Shown piece after piece: positions 63,151-64,000 of a DNA stretch of 64,000 nt. Position 1 is the first letter of the stretch. Every line of letters begins with the position of its first letter. The translations under genes and the position numbers were made by a program. The notes beneath the pieces are model-generated. The model ran no database searches and was not told the DNA's origin. It was given only the letters and a program-made list of their open reading frames with translations. Source of the stretch: Hyphochytrium catenoides (Eukaryota > Protista > Hyphochytriomycota); contig FLMG01002864.1 of the NCBI GenBank assembly GCA_900088475.1, positions 1-64,000 on the forward strand, read 5' to 3'.

Positions 63151-63472
63151 GTCAAGACGCGGCACCGTTGTAGGTTGTAAGCGCCTAAAGATCGAGTGAA
63201 CAGCAGGGAGGGAGACAGGAGGAGAGAGAGAGAGAAAGAAAGAGAGAGAAAGAAAGGAGAGAGAGAGAGAAAAGAGAGTTGGACGTCATTGTCAATCTTT
63301 GCTTTGTTAAATTACTTTTACTCGATTTGGCGCTCTGTCTCCAGCAGACCATAGAAATAAAGCTCCTATCACACTTATGTCCTCGCTCTCTCTCCTTTTA
63401 AGAGAGGACACCTTTGCTTTCTCTCTTTCTCCTCTTCGTCATCCTCTCCCTGTCTCTGTCCTGGTGCTGCTG

Positions 63473-64000
63473 TTAGTTGTTAATGCACCAGTGGCAAGCC
63501 GCGAGAGCGATGCCAAAAGCCTGAATGGGCGCTATGGGATGCCTATAGTCGAGAACGAACTTCCCTCTCCGAGCCTTGCCAAACTGCATGATACCTTTCA
63601 ACGCTAGGGAGACAAAGAAAGAACATCGGGAGATGTCAGTCGCTATGTCGAGATCAAAGGGGTGTAAGAGAGAGAGAGAGAGAGAGGAGAGAGGAGAGAG
63701 GAGAGAGGAAGAAACAGAGATCTACAAGCTCTACTAAGTCAAGGTAAATCGTTGACGTTAGATCCAGATGACTGGCGGCCGCCAAGTGAGAGACAGAGAG
63801 ACAGAGAGAGAGAGCTGGAAGCAACTGTTGGACTTACTGTCTGCAGAGGTGGTGAGCATAAAGTTCTTGGAGGACGCAGCCAGCACTCTGCCGCCGTTAA
63901 ACTTGAGAACCAAGCTCTTCAGCTCTGGATTCCACTCAGGCAGCTTGCTCCTCAGCTCCACCTTGTCGTGGTCTAACTCCGCTACGTCTCTCGTCTCCTC
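63473..64000 (-). CDS. Tubby-domain protein, last two exons (5' part lies outside the window)
   Basis: LRSKLPEWNPELKSLVLKFNGGRVLAASSKNFML and MQFGKARRGKFVLDYRHPIAPIQAFGIAL. Stop TAA at 63473-63475. Confidence 0.9.

Overview
Eukaryotic, intron-rich genomic DNA with (CT/AG)n microsatellites and two short N gaps. The gene families suggest a stramenopile-like protist, which is an inference. The standard genetic code fits all conserved genes. Spliced by hand, the host genes are: a GH37 trehalase, an EDR2-like PH-START-DUF1336 protein, two identical tRNA-Asp(GUC) genes, an Ap4A phosphorylase (APA1/2-like), an ER cyclophilin, Rab6, an F-box/RING-CH membrane protein, an SDR reductase, NTAQ1, the 3' end of a Tubby gene, and several hypothetical genes. 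The ORF track hides a 17-exon minus-strand gene (30608-34818) that joins an intact PDK1-like AGC kinase in frame to a CPPED1-like metallophosphoesterase with degenerate metal/catalytic motifs. The 51.2-63.2 kb region is an intronless mobile island. It holds a decayed Ty3/Gypsy gag-integrase followed by an intact ankyrin/coiled-coil ORF, a broken TM/coiled-coil gene and 111-bp tandem repeats. It also holds two diverged copies of a piggyBac-like element, one carrying a YqaJ-like exonuclease motif, lying tail-to-tail as a long inverted repeat. All protein assignments come from manual motif recognition, not database searches, and exon coordinates are approximate.
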